The position numbers and the translations under genes are program-made. The notes under the pieces are model-generated. The model was not told the DNA's origin. It was given only the letters and a program-made list of their open reading frames with translations, and made no database searches. A stretch of 64,000 nucleotides of DNA from Macrostomum lignano (Eukaryota): the NCBI GenBank assembly GCA_002269645.1, contig NIVC01000323.1, forward strand, positions 124,001 to 188,000, given 5' to 3'. This document shows, piece by piece, positions 10,093 to 22,587 of this stretch (positions are counted from its first letter, which is position 1; the number at the start of each line of letters is the position of its first letter).

Positions 10093-12671
10093 GGACTGAC
10101 CGGACAGGCAGGTCGCGGCCCCAGTCGCCATTCACTTTTCTGTCCGATCCAAGAGCTCCGCACGCTGCTGATGAACTCAAAACTGCGGCCATTTCAATAT
10201 TGCCGTCCATATTTGATGCCTGCTCTGTGCCATAAACCAAATGCACTGCTTCGGTTTCTAAATATAGAATGATGCGACCTGCCACTCGCTCTCAGTGCCA
10301 GCTCTGAGGCTCTGCAAGGGTGGCTTGAATGTCCTTGAAATGTCAACCAGTGCTTTGCAGATTTGCCTCATAAAATTCACTTGATGGAGATGAGCGTGCG
10401 TTCCAGCAGCCAGGTAGCTTAAATCAAGACAAATTTGAAATCTAAAACAAATTACAGTAATAAAATAAGTTGAGGGCTCGAGTCCGGGACCGAGCAGTGG
10501 GGATGCAGTGAGTATCTGAAGTGGGCTCGAATCCCTGAATGATTAGCGGTGATGCAGTGTGCTTGACTCGCGGGTTCAGTTAATCCCTCAGGAGCTGCAC
10601 TGGCTGCTTCCACAGCAACATGTAGACAGGGGGATGCAGAGGAATCTGCAATTGGCTTCCGAGCCCGCAGTGGCAGCGAACGCTTTCCTGCGCTGTCTCG
10701 CCCTCACTCTGTCTCGCCCTCCCTCTGTCTCGCCCTCACTCTGTCTCGCCATCACTCTGTATCGCCATCATTCCGTACTCCTCTCGCGTTTGCAGTCGAT
10801 GGACTGCGGGACTGCCGTCATCGCCCTGTGAAAATGAGCCTACACCTACACACCGTCAAACTCCTAAACCAGATTCTCTATCCGCAATGGCATTATGGGA
10901 AGCCATTCAGTTCTGGCAAATCCAGTCCCTACTCAGACAATTCATAAGTATTGATTGCAAAAGAAACACGCCGTACTTGTCGGCATGCTGGCCGGTGCCG
11001 GAATGTCGCGCAGGTGAAGCCAAGATAATCCAGAGAGACTTTGTCGCCTACTCGATGACGAAGGAGTGATGCTTGAAGTCTTGAGGCTTTCCAGCTGCCT
11101 GTTTGTTATATCAATTGCGTCGGGTTTTCTGATTGGACGAGTCCGGGATGACTAGCTCGATTCTGATTGGACGAGCTCAAAACCCCTCAATACTCTCTAT
11201 CGAGCGGCCTCTCAGACTCCGTGGGACTTGATAGGTGCGGTCAAAAATCATAAAAATGGGGGAAAAGCTAGTCAAAATCCTTGACTTGTCGGAGCCAAAG
11301 AATGACAGCTTGACGATCGCCAATCACAAAAACTGACGAAAACGATGACTAAAGGTCACCTTCTTAGAAGTGACAGGTAGGTGATCATAAATCAAAATCA
11401 GTCCAGACCGGCTGAGCTCTGGACAGGTAAACCATTCAACAAAGCAGAAACCACAAAAATTCAGTAAGACCTAGAAAATTCCAAGAACAAATAGTAGATA
11501 AAAATCCTTACCCAGCCTACTTACAGTAACAGAGATGGGAACCAGGCGCGATTCTAAGATTGGAAAAAGTGCGACCTCATCAATATTGGTGGCAGATCTG
11601 ATGCTGAGAAGGACATTGAATGGAATATTGTGTGCCATTCTGGGTGTGCAGCAGCGATGGAGATGGACACATTTCACCATGCGGAAGTGCTACGGCAATC
11701 CGCCAGCCGTTGCACCAAGTCGCCACTGTCGGCATCTCCGCCTCCCATCAGCTCAATTGACCCCAGCTTGAGCACACCCTGACCCGTCTGTAGTCACCTG
11801 CCACTTCTCAGAGTGCTCAATTTCAGCTACAGGTGCCAGAAGCTTTGAAAGTTCTAATAGGAATTCTCCAGCAAGGTGTCAATGGCAGGGCCTTGGCAAC
11901 TAAAGACACGGAAGACTGCAGTTTCCATCTGTGACCGTCACAGCTGCTTGAACGGAAACCGCAGACTTGTAATCACTCCAGGTACACGCTGATGCTTATT
12001 CCTCTGCGATGCCTTCTGCACACACCTGTTCTTGAACCCGTGAGACGCACACGCACCGGATATCTAAACTCATTCCAGAGGATTTTCCAAGACTTCTGCG
12101 TTACCGCAGGGTTCCGCCTGTTGTGGCTGAGGTGTCGAACTCCAGAGTAACATTAAGTATAGTTTAGTGTAACACCGAAGAATTCAATATAATTTCAGTA
12201 TGAAACGCATTATGAAGTGGGCAGTCGGTGGCTGAATAAAGTAGTACAGTCGCATTTTACGCTACTTATTTGAGGAAAAGCTTGATAAATAAATTTACTT
12301 TAATAGCGTAAATATTAAGCATGCTGGAGACAGCACACCGATGCAGACAGTAAAAGTACAAACAGATCAAGGTAGAAGTGCATCAAAGTGCACTCAGTGC
12401 TGTATGGTTACAGTGAGATGTACGATAGAACAGTCAGTACAGTTGGGGTCTGCGAGTGCCTGTCAGTGTGGCTCTATGCAGCCTTAGTATGTTGAATAAC
12501 TGCACACGGCATCGTGTACACACAGATAGCAGACACACACTGACAGGCCGAGAAGACACACACACAGACAGCAGACACACAGAGTTGTTGGAGAAAACAC
12601 ACACACACACACAGAGCAGACACATGGACAGACACAAAGGACCACAAAAAATCGATTGCAGTTGATCTGGA

Positions 12672-12770
12672 AGGCGGATGTCAGGGTGTCAGGCGGACGT
12701 CAGGGTCTCAGGCGGATGCCAGGGTGTCAGGCGGATGTCAGGGTGTCAGGCGGATGTCAGGGTGTCAGGC
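12672..12770. repeat. 19-bp minisatellite (GGCGGATGTCAGGGTGTCA), about 5 copies
   Basis: Direct reading. Confidence 0.85.
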
Positions 12771-13122
12771 TCCGATTTGAGCCCATAGCAACCGCTCTGC
12801 TCACATGAGCAGCCCAACCCACATAAACTTGTGCACAGGTCACCAAGACACGCTGAATTTACAAAACAGACTTGATAAGAATGATTGCGCATAGCATGCA
12901 GCTTCTGATTGGATGAATCTGGCAATGCATTCTGCAGCACAATGCGGCACTCAATGTAAACCAATATGAACAAAATCAGTCAGAGTTGCGCACGAGTTGC
13001 CCTGTGAGTTCATCTGCACTGATGGCCGAATTGTGGCACCTGAAATTGAAGGTGTGCAGTGGTATTTTAAAATCGATTTTTTAATGATATTGGGGCTGAT
13101 TCTCAGTGAGATTGGAGGCGAT

Positions 13123-13270
13123 TTCCAATGAGATGAGGGACGATTTCCAGTGAGATTGGAGGCGAGTCCCAGTGAGATTGGAGGCGAGTCCCAGTGAGAT
13201 TGGAGGCGAGTCCCAGTGAGATTAGAGGCGAGTCGCAGTGAGATGGGAGGTGAGTCCCTGTGAGATGGGA
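13123..13270. repeat. About 22-bp minisatellite (CCCAGTGAGATTGGAGGCGAGT)
   Basis: Direct reading, about 6 copies. Confidence 0.8.
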
Positions 13271-14352
13271 GACTAGCAGCTCAAGTATATGGCGGGACAA
13301 ACAGACAAGATAGAACTGGGCGCTAATGGCCTCGTATTCACAAGCAAAATACACTAATTAACAAACATTTAAAGAATGACGCGATCAAACAAAAATATTG
13401 AGCATCAAAAACTGATCATCCCCACGCCTTGCCGGTTTTTAGTTGCCAACGCTGAGCTTTCCTACAAGATTGACCAAAGCTGGAACGCTACAAAAATACG
13501 CAGTATTGGAGTGAGCTCAAGACAACAGAAATGTAGCGAGCACCGCAGTTATGACATGAAAGTCCACAATCGTAGGCAGTTTTTAGCAAAGAATTTTATT
13601 AGAAACGGCAAGATGATGCTGTGCAGCAAAGATTCTGCAATATTCTCTGAATTGAATGAATTCGATCACTTATTCTGTAATCGCTTTTTACAGCTTTTTC
13701 CAAGATTTTAAGAGTGTTGCTAGACAGCAAAGTCTATGCAGAACCTTTGCTACGCTGCAATCAATGCTGACAAACCATAATGCGAGTCAGTTTGAAGGAA
13801 CCACTGTTGGACGTATTTCAGCAGCAAGCGGTTAAACACAGCTCAAATTTGGACCTTCCTCAGAGTGACTGCCCACCGAGGTGCTTCGGGACGCATGAAA
13901 CTGTAGAGAATGCGCTACAGGCAGCGGCGGCGGCACCGGCGGTGTTGGAGTTGACGGCAGCGGAGGTTTCCACAGCTCCGCCGCTCTGATGCGTCGGTGG
14001 TGATTTTTACACAATGTTGTGATATTGTCGACGGCTGGCGTTGAAAAAGTACTCTGGATTTTGCACAGTCGATGTGCTGTGCGGCACTGCATTCGACTGC
14101 GTCTCCGGTGATCTTGGCGCTTCGTCCCGACTGTTGCTGGAATCCGCTCGAATCGGTCTCAAGTAGCCATCACCGGATGTACCAGCAGATGACTGGTCAT
14201 TTAGCTGAAAGAGCGGATGTCCCTCTGCAGAGATTTTGCATGGATCGGAACTGTTGCTAGAAATTCATGCGAAAATTCAATAGTTGAAAATAAATGATAG
14301 AGTCTCATTTTACCTCCCAGAGAATCTGGATCTGGGAGGATGATGATGGAGC

Positions 14353-15228
14353 TGAGGATCTGGGCAAGGTGGGTGAAGAAGCTGAGGATCTGGGCAGATG
14401 GGTGATGAAGTTAAGGATCTGGACAGGTGGGTGATGTAGCTGAGGATCTGGGCAGATGGGTGATGAAGCAGAGGATCTGGGCAGGTGGGTGATGAAGCCG
14501 AGGATCTGGGCAGATGGGTGATGAAGCCGAGGATCTGGGCAGGTGGGTGATGAAGCTGAGGATCTGAGCAGGTGGGTGAAGGAGCCGAGGATCTGGGCAG
14601 GTGGGTGATGGAGCTGAGGATCTGGGCAGATGGGTGATGGAGCCGAGGATCTGGGCAGGTGGGTGAAGGAGCCGAGGATCTGGGCAGATGGGTGATGAAG
14701 CTGAGGATCTGAGCAGGTGGGTGATGGCGCTGAGGATCTGGGCAGGTGGGTGATGGAGCTGAGGATCTGGGCAGATGGGTGATGAAGCTGAGGATCTGGG
14801 CAGATGGGTGAAGGAGCCGAGGATCTGGGCAGATGGGTGATGAAGCTGAGGATCTGAGCAGGTGGGTGATGGCGCTGAGGATCTGGGCAGATGGGTGATG
14901 AAGCTGAGGATCTGAGCAGGTGGGTGATGGCGCTGAGGATCTGGGCAGATGGGTGATGGAGCTGAGGATCTGGGCAGGTGGGTGATGGCGCTGAGGATCT
15001 GGGCAGGTGGGTGATGGAGCTGAGGATCTGGGCAGATGGGTGATGGAGCTGAGGATCTGGGCAGGTGGGTGAAGGAGCCGAGGATCTGGGCAGATGGGTG
15101 ATGAAGCTGAGGATCTGAGCAGGTGGGTGATGGCGCTGAGGATCTGGGCAGGTGGGTGATGGAGCTGAGGATCTGGGCAGATGGGTGATGAAGCTGAGGA
15201 TCTGGGCAGATGGGTGATGGAGCTGAGA
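14353..15228. repeat. 29-bp minisatellite (GAGGATCTGGGCAGATGGGTGATGAAGCT), about 30 copies
   Basis: Period of 29 (14471 vs 14500). It explains the Pro/Ser-rich minus-strand ORFs. Confidence 0.95.
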
Positions 15229-16683
15229 ATCCGGTAGGACGGTAGGCGGCATGGCTCTGCTGAGGTGCTGCTGCTCTCACTTGGAAAATCTCAAACAAAT
15301 TAAACAGAAGCCGCCCTGACTGCCTGATTGGTGCCTTGCTGCGGGGCACTGAGTCCTGATGATGCTTGAGCAGCTGTGCTGAGCTGCAACCTGATGAAGC
15401 CAGAGCACCTGAAGCTGAAGCTGGGCGGACTCAGATGGTGCAGAGGCTCATGCCTCACAGGTGCACTTATTTGGCTCTTCAGAGAGCGTCGAAATTCTGT
15501 GGCGTCTCACCGAGCAGCTTGGGCTGTAAACTGGGCCAGACGGAGAGCATTGCAACCCTTGCCACACAGCGAGAGGCGCCCCCACTCTCACTGGAGTCTC
15601 TAACGCCCTTTGCAGGCTGGGCAACGTCGCGCACAATGTACACATTTTTATTGATATGTATGATATGTATATGTATTCTTGCAAAATCTCCTAAGAAGTC
15701 AGGAATCTACAGGTTAATGATTGCCTTTGTTTTCTTCCTTTAAATACGAAACGCCGGAGTCGGTAAAGACTTTTGCAGCATATGCAGCTTCTCAGGCTCC
15801 AGCATGCACTCCATTCGTTAGAAATATTCATCAATAGCTGTCTTACGCGTGCTGAAAGCAGATCTACACATGAAACACCGCTGCAAAAATGAATTGCCAT
15901 GAACATCGCGGTTCCCAAGCGCAAGACGATTCAGAAGCTGAGAGAGAGTCTGCTAGATGGACGAAGTTGGCTGCTTCGCTGTGTTTTCAGTCGGCAGACA
16001 ACTTCAAGAGGAGACAGGCAAAAGCAACTGAACAAGAATCTTCTGTAGAGTTATTTTTCTTTCTCCAAAGATGAGCACAATCTCATTCATTGCAATTCTT
16101 CTAACTTCGTAGTTGTTGGGGAGATCGCATTGAAAACACGATCGCCAAGACAAACACCCAAGGCCTGACTGACTGTTTGAGCTACTCACAGTCGATATAC
16201 AGTGGTCCTTGCCTGGACTGTACTCGTCAACTCTGAAAAGTCGTTGAGCTCTAAAATTGATAAAATGGTCTTTTCTTAAAATTCTTTTCTCTTATAGATT
16301 TCTGATTCAGCTGCAACTACTTATTACTTTTGCTTTGAACTTTCAATTTTCAGTTCTAACATCGAGGGGCGCCAGCACCAAGGGGCGCCAGCACCAAGGG
16401 TCATTGCACAGTTTACGAGTACAATGAATTGAAGCTTTTAATAATTCTAGAGAGTAACGAAAAAATTGCCGATATGTATCGAAAAACATCTTTATCACGC
16501 GGTAAATACATACATTGAATAGCTTGAAAAGTGTTAAGGAAAGGCAACAAATAGGCACAATAAAGTAATTACGACTAGATTTATGTGCGGGACATCCATG
16601 GATTCTCAGTTTGGAAAGTGTACATTTAAATTCGTGCAAACACGCATCATGTTGCAAGTGACATGCACATGTACATGCACAGC

Positions 16684-16788
16684 AAAAAGTGGAGGTATCG
16701 AATTAGCGTGAGGGAAATTGCCGTCTGGTAGCAGAATTAGGAATTGCTTTTGTTTCAACATCGCTTCCCCTCACACCGCGGTCCCACC
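16684..16788 (-). ncRNA. Candidate Pol III structured RNA, unit A1
   Basis: Minus strand reads GGTGGGACCGCGGTGTGAGGGG...CCCTCACGCTAATTCGATACCTCCAC-TTTTT. The ends pair (GTGG/CCAC, TGAGGG/CCCTCA) and a conserved upstream block is shared with the other units. Confidence 0.35.
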
Positions 16789-17153
16789 GGTAGATGTCTG
16801 GTTTATTCTGCTTAATGTCAAGACTATAACGAATTGTACAATTTTTCTTTTTTCTCATCGCAATATTCTCATCATACTCATGTTGCACTACTGATGAATA
16901 AGTAGAAATCTGGAGCGGAAGTAGAATCGCTAGTCAACAAAAGTTAATTTTCGATATCGATTACCGTATCTTAATAATTTACATGTGCAAATTCTTCAAG
17001 CGTAAAACTTTTTACTTTTTCTAAGTAAATGAAATTATATCCAATCTATTATCTACTGAACTAGTACTCCTAATTTTTTGCCGATATGTATCGAAAACAA
17101 CTTTTTCAATGGGTAGAACTACATGTGCACATTGTGCAACATGGCAGTGTGGC

Positions 17154-17284
17154 AAAAGTGGGTGTCAAATTAGCAATGAGGGAATTGCCAGTTCGGACAG
17201 TATAATGGACCGCCCGAACTTGGTTGGCAAAGGTTGGAGTTGCTTTTGGCTCAACACCGTTTACCCCTCACGCCGCGGCCCACC
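17154..17284 (-). ncRNA. Candidate Pol III structured RNA, unit B1 (about 131 nt)
   Basis: G start, paired termini, a 12-bp internal hairpin with G-U pairs on the minus strand only, TTTT end, ATAAATA at -25 to -31, and a conserved block at about -86 to -116. Confidence 0.45.
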
Positions 17285-18011
17285 GGTGGAAATAAATGTC
17301 TATTCTGCTATTTATGTTGCGCTTCAACACCTATAAAATAGTGAAATGTTCAATTGTTTCCATTAAAATGTTCTTATGGTACGCATATAGCACTACTGAG
17401 TTTGTGAGTTGACAGTAAAATGTTATGTTATGGCGAAATATTTTTATAAGAAATTTCTTAATATGCCATAATAAATAGGATTTACAATACAATGTTTCTG
17501 ACCAAACAGCTGTTTTGCTGGAGACAACCTGAGACATGTACCACTACCATACTATACTTTTGGGAAAGTAATGAAAACGAATGCAAAAATGAATAGTCGC
17601 ATGTTTATTATTTCTGGACAATGCTCTGGACAAAAGTGTGTGGGTCGAGTCCGCTGCACCATGCGGTGACCACGGGACATCAGGATGTGGTGTCTCTTCT
17701 CCTGAATTCCGGAAGCAATCCAAGTCAACGCAACGTACGTATTTGGCTTTACACCGGTTGTGTTTCTAGCAGTATTTTTTGGCCTCACAAATAGCTTGGC
17801 CCAATTGGTGTCCTATTACGGAGCCTGTCCTAGTGTTGTCCTATTTGGGTACGGAAGCTGTCATTTTATAGCATTGTGTAATACGTATGTCTCATTAACA
17901 CCACTTTGATAAACTTAGTGCCTTTTTACTGACCAAAGCAACATGCTTTGGGACCATGGTCCCAAGAGTACGTTTGCGGTTCTTTTTAGAATTACTGGTA
18001 CATCTTATACG

Positions 18012-18618
18012 ATTGTGCTTAGCCATGTTGTGTATAATTGGGCTTAGCCATGTGTATAATTGTGCTAAGCCATGTTGTGTATAATTGTGCTAACCCATGT
18101 GTATAATTGGGCTTAGCCATGATAAGTGTTTGGGCTTAGCCATGTGTATTTTTTGGATTAGCCATGTGTATAATTGGGCTTAGCCATGTGCATAATTGGG
18201 CTTAGCCATGTGTATAACTGGGCTTTGCCATGTGCATAAGTGGGCTTAGCCATGTGTATAACTGGGCTTAGCCATGTGTATAACTGGGCTTTGCCATGTG
18301 CATAAGTGGGCTTAGCCATGTGTATAACTGGGCTTTGCCATGTGCATAAGTGGGCTTAGCCATGTGTATAATTGGGCTTAGCCATGTGTATAATTGTGCT
18401 TAGCCATGATGTGTATGATTGGGCTTAGCCATGTGTATAGTTGGGCTTAGCCATGTGTATAATTGGGCTTAGCCATGTGTATAATTGGGCTTAGCCATGT
18501 GTATAATTGTGCTTAGCCATGTTGTGTATAATTGGGCTTAGCCATGTGTATTTTTGGGATTAGCCATATGTATAACTGGGCTTAGCCATGTGTATAGTTG
18601 GGCTTAGCCATATGTGTA
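18012..18618. repeat. 22-bp minisatellite (TTGGGCTTAGCCATGTGTATAA), about 27 copies
   Basis: Direct reading. Confidence 0.95.
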
Positions 18619-18964
18619 ATTGGTGTGTGATCGGATGCTTTTGAGGGCTTTTGATATTACTTCTGGGCTTTGGTTCGCGGGCTCCTCTCCCTCCTCTCCC
18701 TGTCACTGGTTTATTCTGGTTTGTCCCCTCCGTCTAAAGCTGCCATTCATTATATTTTTTTCTCATTTTCATTTACCCACATTTTCATTGGCTGGCGTCT
18801 TTTAATCTCTCTCTCGCGTGGGCTAGTCCAATCATGCGTCTCGCCGCGGAGGCACCTGATTGGCTAGCCTTCCCTTTCTTCTCTCTCGCCCTTTAACTCT
18901 GATAGTTTTGCCCCCACCCCCCACCCTAGCCCTGCGTGGCTAAGCCCACCCAGTCCCCTGCTCA

Positions 18965-20164
18965 GTGCCCACCCAGTATTTATGTGCGTGCGCGGCCCCC
19001 GCCCGGTTCTCGCCCTCCCTGCTTTCTATCTACCGCTACGAACTTTGTGCTTGTGAAACTACAACATTGGTCGAGCATTGGTCATGCTACAAGTGGTTCA
19101 GCGAGTCAAACTACTGGTTTCAGGCCGAGCAGACGTGTCTGTCTCACCGGGCTCACCTCGCGTCTATCCAAAGGGAGCAAGAGAACCGACTGGTAGGCCG
19201 ACTGTCTCACTGCAGAGACGCCTGGATCGATTTGTTCGCCACTGACCTCGATCGTCTGGCCGACCCTATAAGCTACAGGTGGACGGACAGCGGCAGCGTA
19301 GGGAGCTTCGAGAGACACAACTTCTCTCAGCTGGACAGCGTTCACAAGCCTCTGATCCGAAGTGACGGTGAGTGGTGGCTCAACTCGCTGAATCACGAGC
19401 GGCACCTGTTTTTTTGCAAGTTGAGCGCCGACTCCAGCATTCTCGTCGACTGGTGGAGGTCGAGCGGCCGATGTCCCAGCGGCTGGTGGCTGCACGACAA
19501 GCAGTGCTACGTGATGCCGCAGTTTGAGGCCAACTTCCACGAGGCCAACTTCTACTGCCAGCGAAACTCGTCGCAGCTGGCGTCGGTGCTCACCCAGTCT
19601 GAGCTGGACTTTCTGAACAAGCTCAGCTTCGAAATCGACAGCTGTGAGTCGCTAGAGCTGCTCGACTCGGTGTGGCTCGGCCTCATCAAGCTGAACCCCT
19701 GCTTCCCTGACAGTGCGGGTCGCGAGCTCTGCTACCAATGGACGGACTTCTCAGAGAAACACGACAACAAGCTGCCCGCATGGGAGACTGGACACCCGGA
19801 AAGCGCGGACTGGACTGTGAACTGCGTCACGCTGCCAGCTGGTCAACTGCGCAGTGACAGGTGCCACAGCAGGCACAGGTTCGTGTGCAAGACGGAGGCG
19901 TCGGACAGCACCTCCCCACCACCACCACAGGTGGACGGCCTCGTGGCTGCGTTCGACTTCAGGAGGGGCCTCGACAACCTGGTGGACCCGCACACCTTCG
20001 CCATCGAGGACCAGTTCGGGGTGGAGAGATCAGCAGAGCCTGCTTTAGACGAAACGCAAGCGATTTTATTTATTCTAGAGAGTTTTAAAACGTCGGAGCT
20101 CCCGCGGCATTCAATGAGTCGATTTGGAACGCTGACGAATGGACCATGTTCTGGGGGAACATAA
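18965..20164 (+). CDS. Exon or ORF with two tandem C-type lectin domains; gene boundaries uncertain
   Basis: CYKWF..WFQAEQTC...HLASI..EQEN...WIDL..YRW, and CPSGW...CY....FHEANFYC....QLASV...WLGL...QWTD...W..GHP...NC...C..RHRFVCK. No clear ATG or signal peptide. Confidence 0.75.
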   Translation: MPTQYLCACAAPARFSPSLLSIYRYELCACETTTLVEHWSCYKWFSESNYWFQAEQTCLSHRAHLASIQREQENRLVGRLSHCRDAWIDLFATDLDRLADPISYRWTDSGSVGSFERHNFSQLDSVHKPLIRSDGEWWLNSLNHERHLFFCKLSADSSILVDWWRSSGRCPSGWWLHDKQCYVMPQFEANFHEANFYCQRNSSQLASVLTQSELDFLNKLSFEIDSCESLELLDSVWLGLIKLNPCFPDSAGRELCYQWTDFSEKHDNKLPAWETGHPESADWTVNCVTLPAGQLRSDRCHSRHRFVCKTEASDSTSPPPPQVDGLVAAFDFRRGLDNLVDPHTFAIEDQFGVERSAEPALDETQAILFILESFKTSELPRHSMSRFGTLTNGPCSGGT

Positions 20165-20429
20165 ATCGTGGGAACAGTAGCGGAGTTGAATTTCTTGCAG
20201 CGCTGTATAACAATTCGAATCTGTGGCAGGGGCTCAGCTTCTCTGTTTACCTACATCCTTCCTCTTTGAATTCGAGTAAATTTTACTTGTCAGTTTACCA
20301 GCTCACGCCAGGAAACGGTTCTCACCTGAATCACTATCAGACTTACATCTTTAATATTGGCACTGTTTGCATTTGAGGCCTGGTGTGATATTCATCTGGC
20401 CATGAACAATTTTGTATTGGATCCCGCGT

Positions 20430-20900
20430 TAGTTGGAGCAACGCGCGAATTTTGCTATTATAACACCAGCTGGGATGCTCCCGAGCCCGAACTACAGCAG
20501 CTGCAACTTGGCTTTGGAATGTCATTCTATCCCGGAGTTCAACGGCTCTGCGCGAGGTGCTTCGGAGTCGCCCGAAGGCAGTTGAGTGTTGACGAGGTGC
20601 GGCAGGCGATGTCGGCCTTCTGTCCCTGAGCATAAGGCTATAATTTGCGTCACTGTGCTCACACAAGTACTGCGATAACAGCATCCGGTTGAACAGCTTC
20701 GCAGCGCAGGACTGAAGGCAGATGCCACTGTGCTCCTCCAGCCTTGTGGTGCCCGGCTTCTTTGAGATAATGACGACCAAACCCGATTGGAAACTTGGGG
20801 GTTTCGACACTCTACAGCTGCATTCAGACCTGTAACCTACGAGAATCAGTGTTGGCATGATTTTGGATTCTAATGAAAAAGAGTTAATAAGAGAGTTTAC
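20430..20900 (-). mobile_element. Degenerate non-LTR retrotransposon (LINE) reverse transcriptase fragment
   Basis: IISKKPG...HSGICLQSCAAKLFNRML resembles the LINE RT N-terminal motif PIPKK...YRxISLxSxxxKL. Related sequence at 25430-25800. Confidence 0.6.
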
Positions 20901-20968
20901 ATGCTTGACAACTGGATGGTCAGGGTCGCTGTACACTGTACACCCTGTGTGAGCAAGTGTATGAGTAC

Positions 20969-21186
20969 GGGGGTTGTAGCCTAGTGGTTTGAGAGTCGGA
21001 TTTGCGACTGAAAGGTCGGGGGTTCGAATCTCGACCCACCCGGAATAATTTATGTAGTTGAGCAATACACTTAAACTCTACATTGCTTCAGTTCACTCAG
21101 CTGTAAAATGGGTGCCAGCATTAGCTGGGGTAATTGAGGGCAACTTAAAGCAGGCGGTTTACCAGAGGCTGAGTAAATGAGTCCTA
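20969..21186 (+). mobile_element. tRNA-derived SINE
   Basis: A box TAGCCTAGTGG and B box GGTTCGAATC, then a central domain (TTGAGCAA.ACAC.TAA...CAGCTGTAAAATGGGTGCC) shared with the copy at 39755. Confidence 0.75.
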
Positions 21187-21584
21187 TGGTTGCATTCTTG
21201 CAAACGACGCTACAAAAATTGTTCTCGGGTAGTAAAGTTTCTGTCTGGCATTGGACAGCTCGCTCATAGCTGCCAGTCTCTGATATTGGCAGGACTGGAA
21301 GCTCTCAGGTGCTTTGCAGCATGTTGCAGAAGAGAAACTGGTAGATATTTCAAAGTGTTGTTTGAATTGATTTGAAGGCATTTGAACAATATTATTTTTT
21401 TAATTTCAAATTTGCTCGAAAATTCGAAGTCGTGTATTTTCATTATCAGTCTTTGTACACAGCAGCAAAATATTTCAGTTTGCACAAATTTCAGGAAATT
21501 TCAAAGTTTCTTCAAAGCCGATTGAACTCTCTCGAATTTGCCGGTTGCAGCAGCGGCAGCTTCCATGCCATCACACTGGTCCTG

Positions 21585-22587
21585 CTACAGAAGCAACATC
21601 TCGATCTCTTTCAGCGAGTAGGAGTAGCCAAAGTTGCGACTCCAAACAACTCCCATTGCTTCAGCACCTCCGATGGCAGAAGATGAGTCTTTGTACTCTC
21701 CGTTCAGGTAGGTGTGGTGACAGTTGTCGAACCACCAGGCTCCATTACGAAGATTTGCGCAGTTGCCAGAGCCGTTGGTGTCATGATCGGCGTCCTTCGT
21801 GCTGAACTGCATGCCGCAGTGATGCGTGGGGCTGTCGCCGATGCCGGCGCTGCCGGAGAAGCCGGACACGTTCAGCCGGTAGTTGTCAGACTCGGGACCC
21901 ACGGAGAAGCTGGAGTACTCGGCCCAGTGCTCAGAGTCGTTCCACGCCTTCATCAGGAGCCTCAGCTTCCGAGGACCAGAAGCAGTGAGAGCGTGAAGAG
22001 AGTTCAGTCCTGGGAAGATGCGGGCGTCATGGCGCTGCTTGTCATTGAAATCCGAACTGGAAAAGCAAGCGAATGCAGCAGATCTGGGATGCACTCACCG
22101 ATCCAGTAGTTTCCGTCGGGTCCCTCGCCGAACTCGCTCTGGTACTGAGTCCAGATGCGGTAAAAGTCCACTGAGCCGGACACCCTGTGCACTGCCTGCT
22201 GTCTGCAAGGTGACAGGTGCACAGGTGTGCCAGCTTTTCTACTCTGCGTTAGCACTGACGTATGAAACTGAGTGACTAACCCACACTCTCTGAGCTCTCT
22301 GAGCACTTCCTGCAGTGGCTCAGGCCCAGGCGACACCTGTAGTGAGCGCACAGGCCGGAGCTGGCGTTGAACGACACCAGCTGCACTGCGGAGTCGCTGC
22401 TGGCAGCATACGAGCATTCAGAGTCGCTTCGGGCTGGCAGCGACCTCACAGCCACGTACTCGGAGAGGTTCTCGCGGCTCGACTTCCACATCTGCCCAGA
22501 GTCGGCGGCGGCTTCGGTCACGTGATGCAGCACTGCAGCCAACAGCAGCAGCAGCAGAGCGGCTTGACGAGCGGTTTAGAGCTGCAT
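21585..22587 (-). pseudogene. Secreted fibrinogen-domain protein (FReP/ficolin-like) with a possible PAN-like N-terminal region; nonsense codon at position 4 as assembled
   Basis: Exons 22202-22099 ([10 protein letters not shown]...FG...NYWIG) and 22009-21585 (LNSLHALT...FSTKDADHD..C...GAWWFDNC...LNG) are joined by a GTGAGT..CCCAG intron. Upstream reads ATG CAG CTC TAA then TARQAALLLLLLAAVLHHVTEAAA, a signal peptide. The junction of the N-terminal exon is uncertain. Confidence 0.7.

Noticed and set aside
10100-14300. Several short ORFs in mixed-composition DNA
   Set aside because: They have no recognisable motifs or consistent exon chain and are probably decayed repeats.
17260-17290. TCACGCCGCGGCCCACCGG resembles the L3/P1 region of HDV/CPEB3-like ribozymes
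   Set aside because: I could not build consistent P1, P2 and P3 pairings in all copies, and G-U pairs favour the opposite strand.
20969-21045. Possible tRNA gene
   Set aside because: The tRNA-like head continues into a SINE body repeated at 39755, and no convincing acceptor stem is present.
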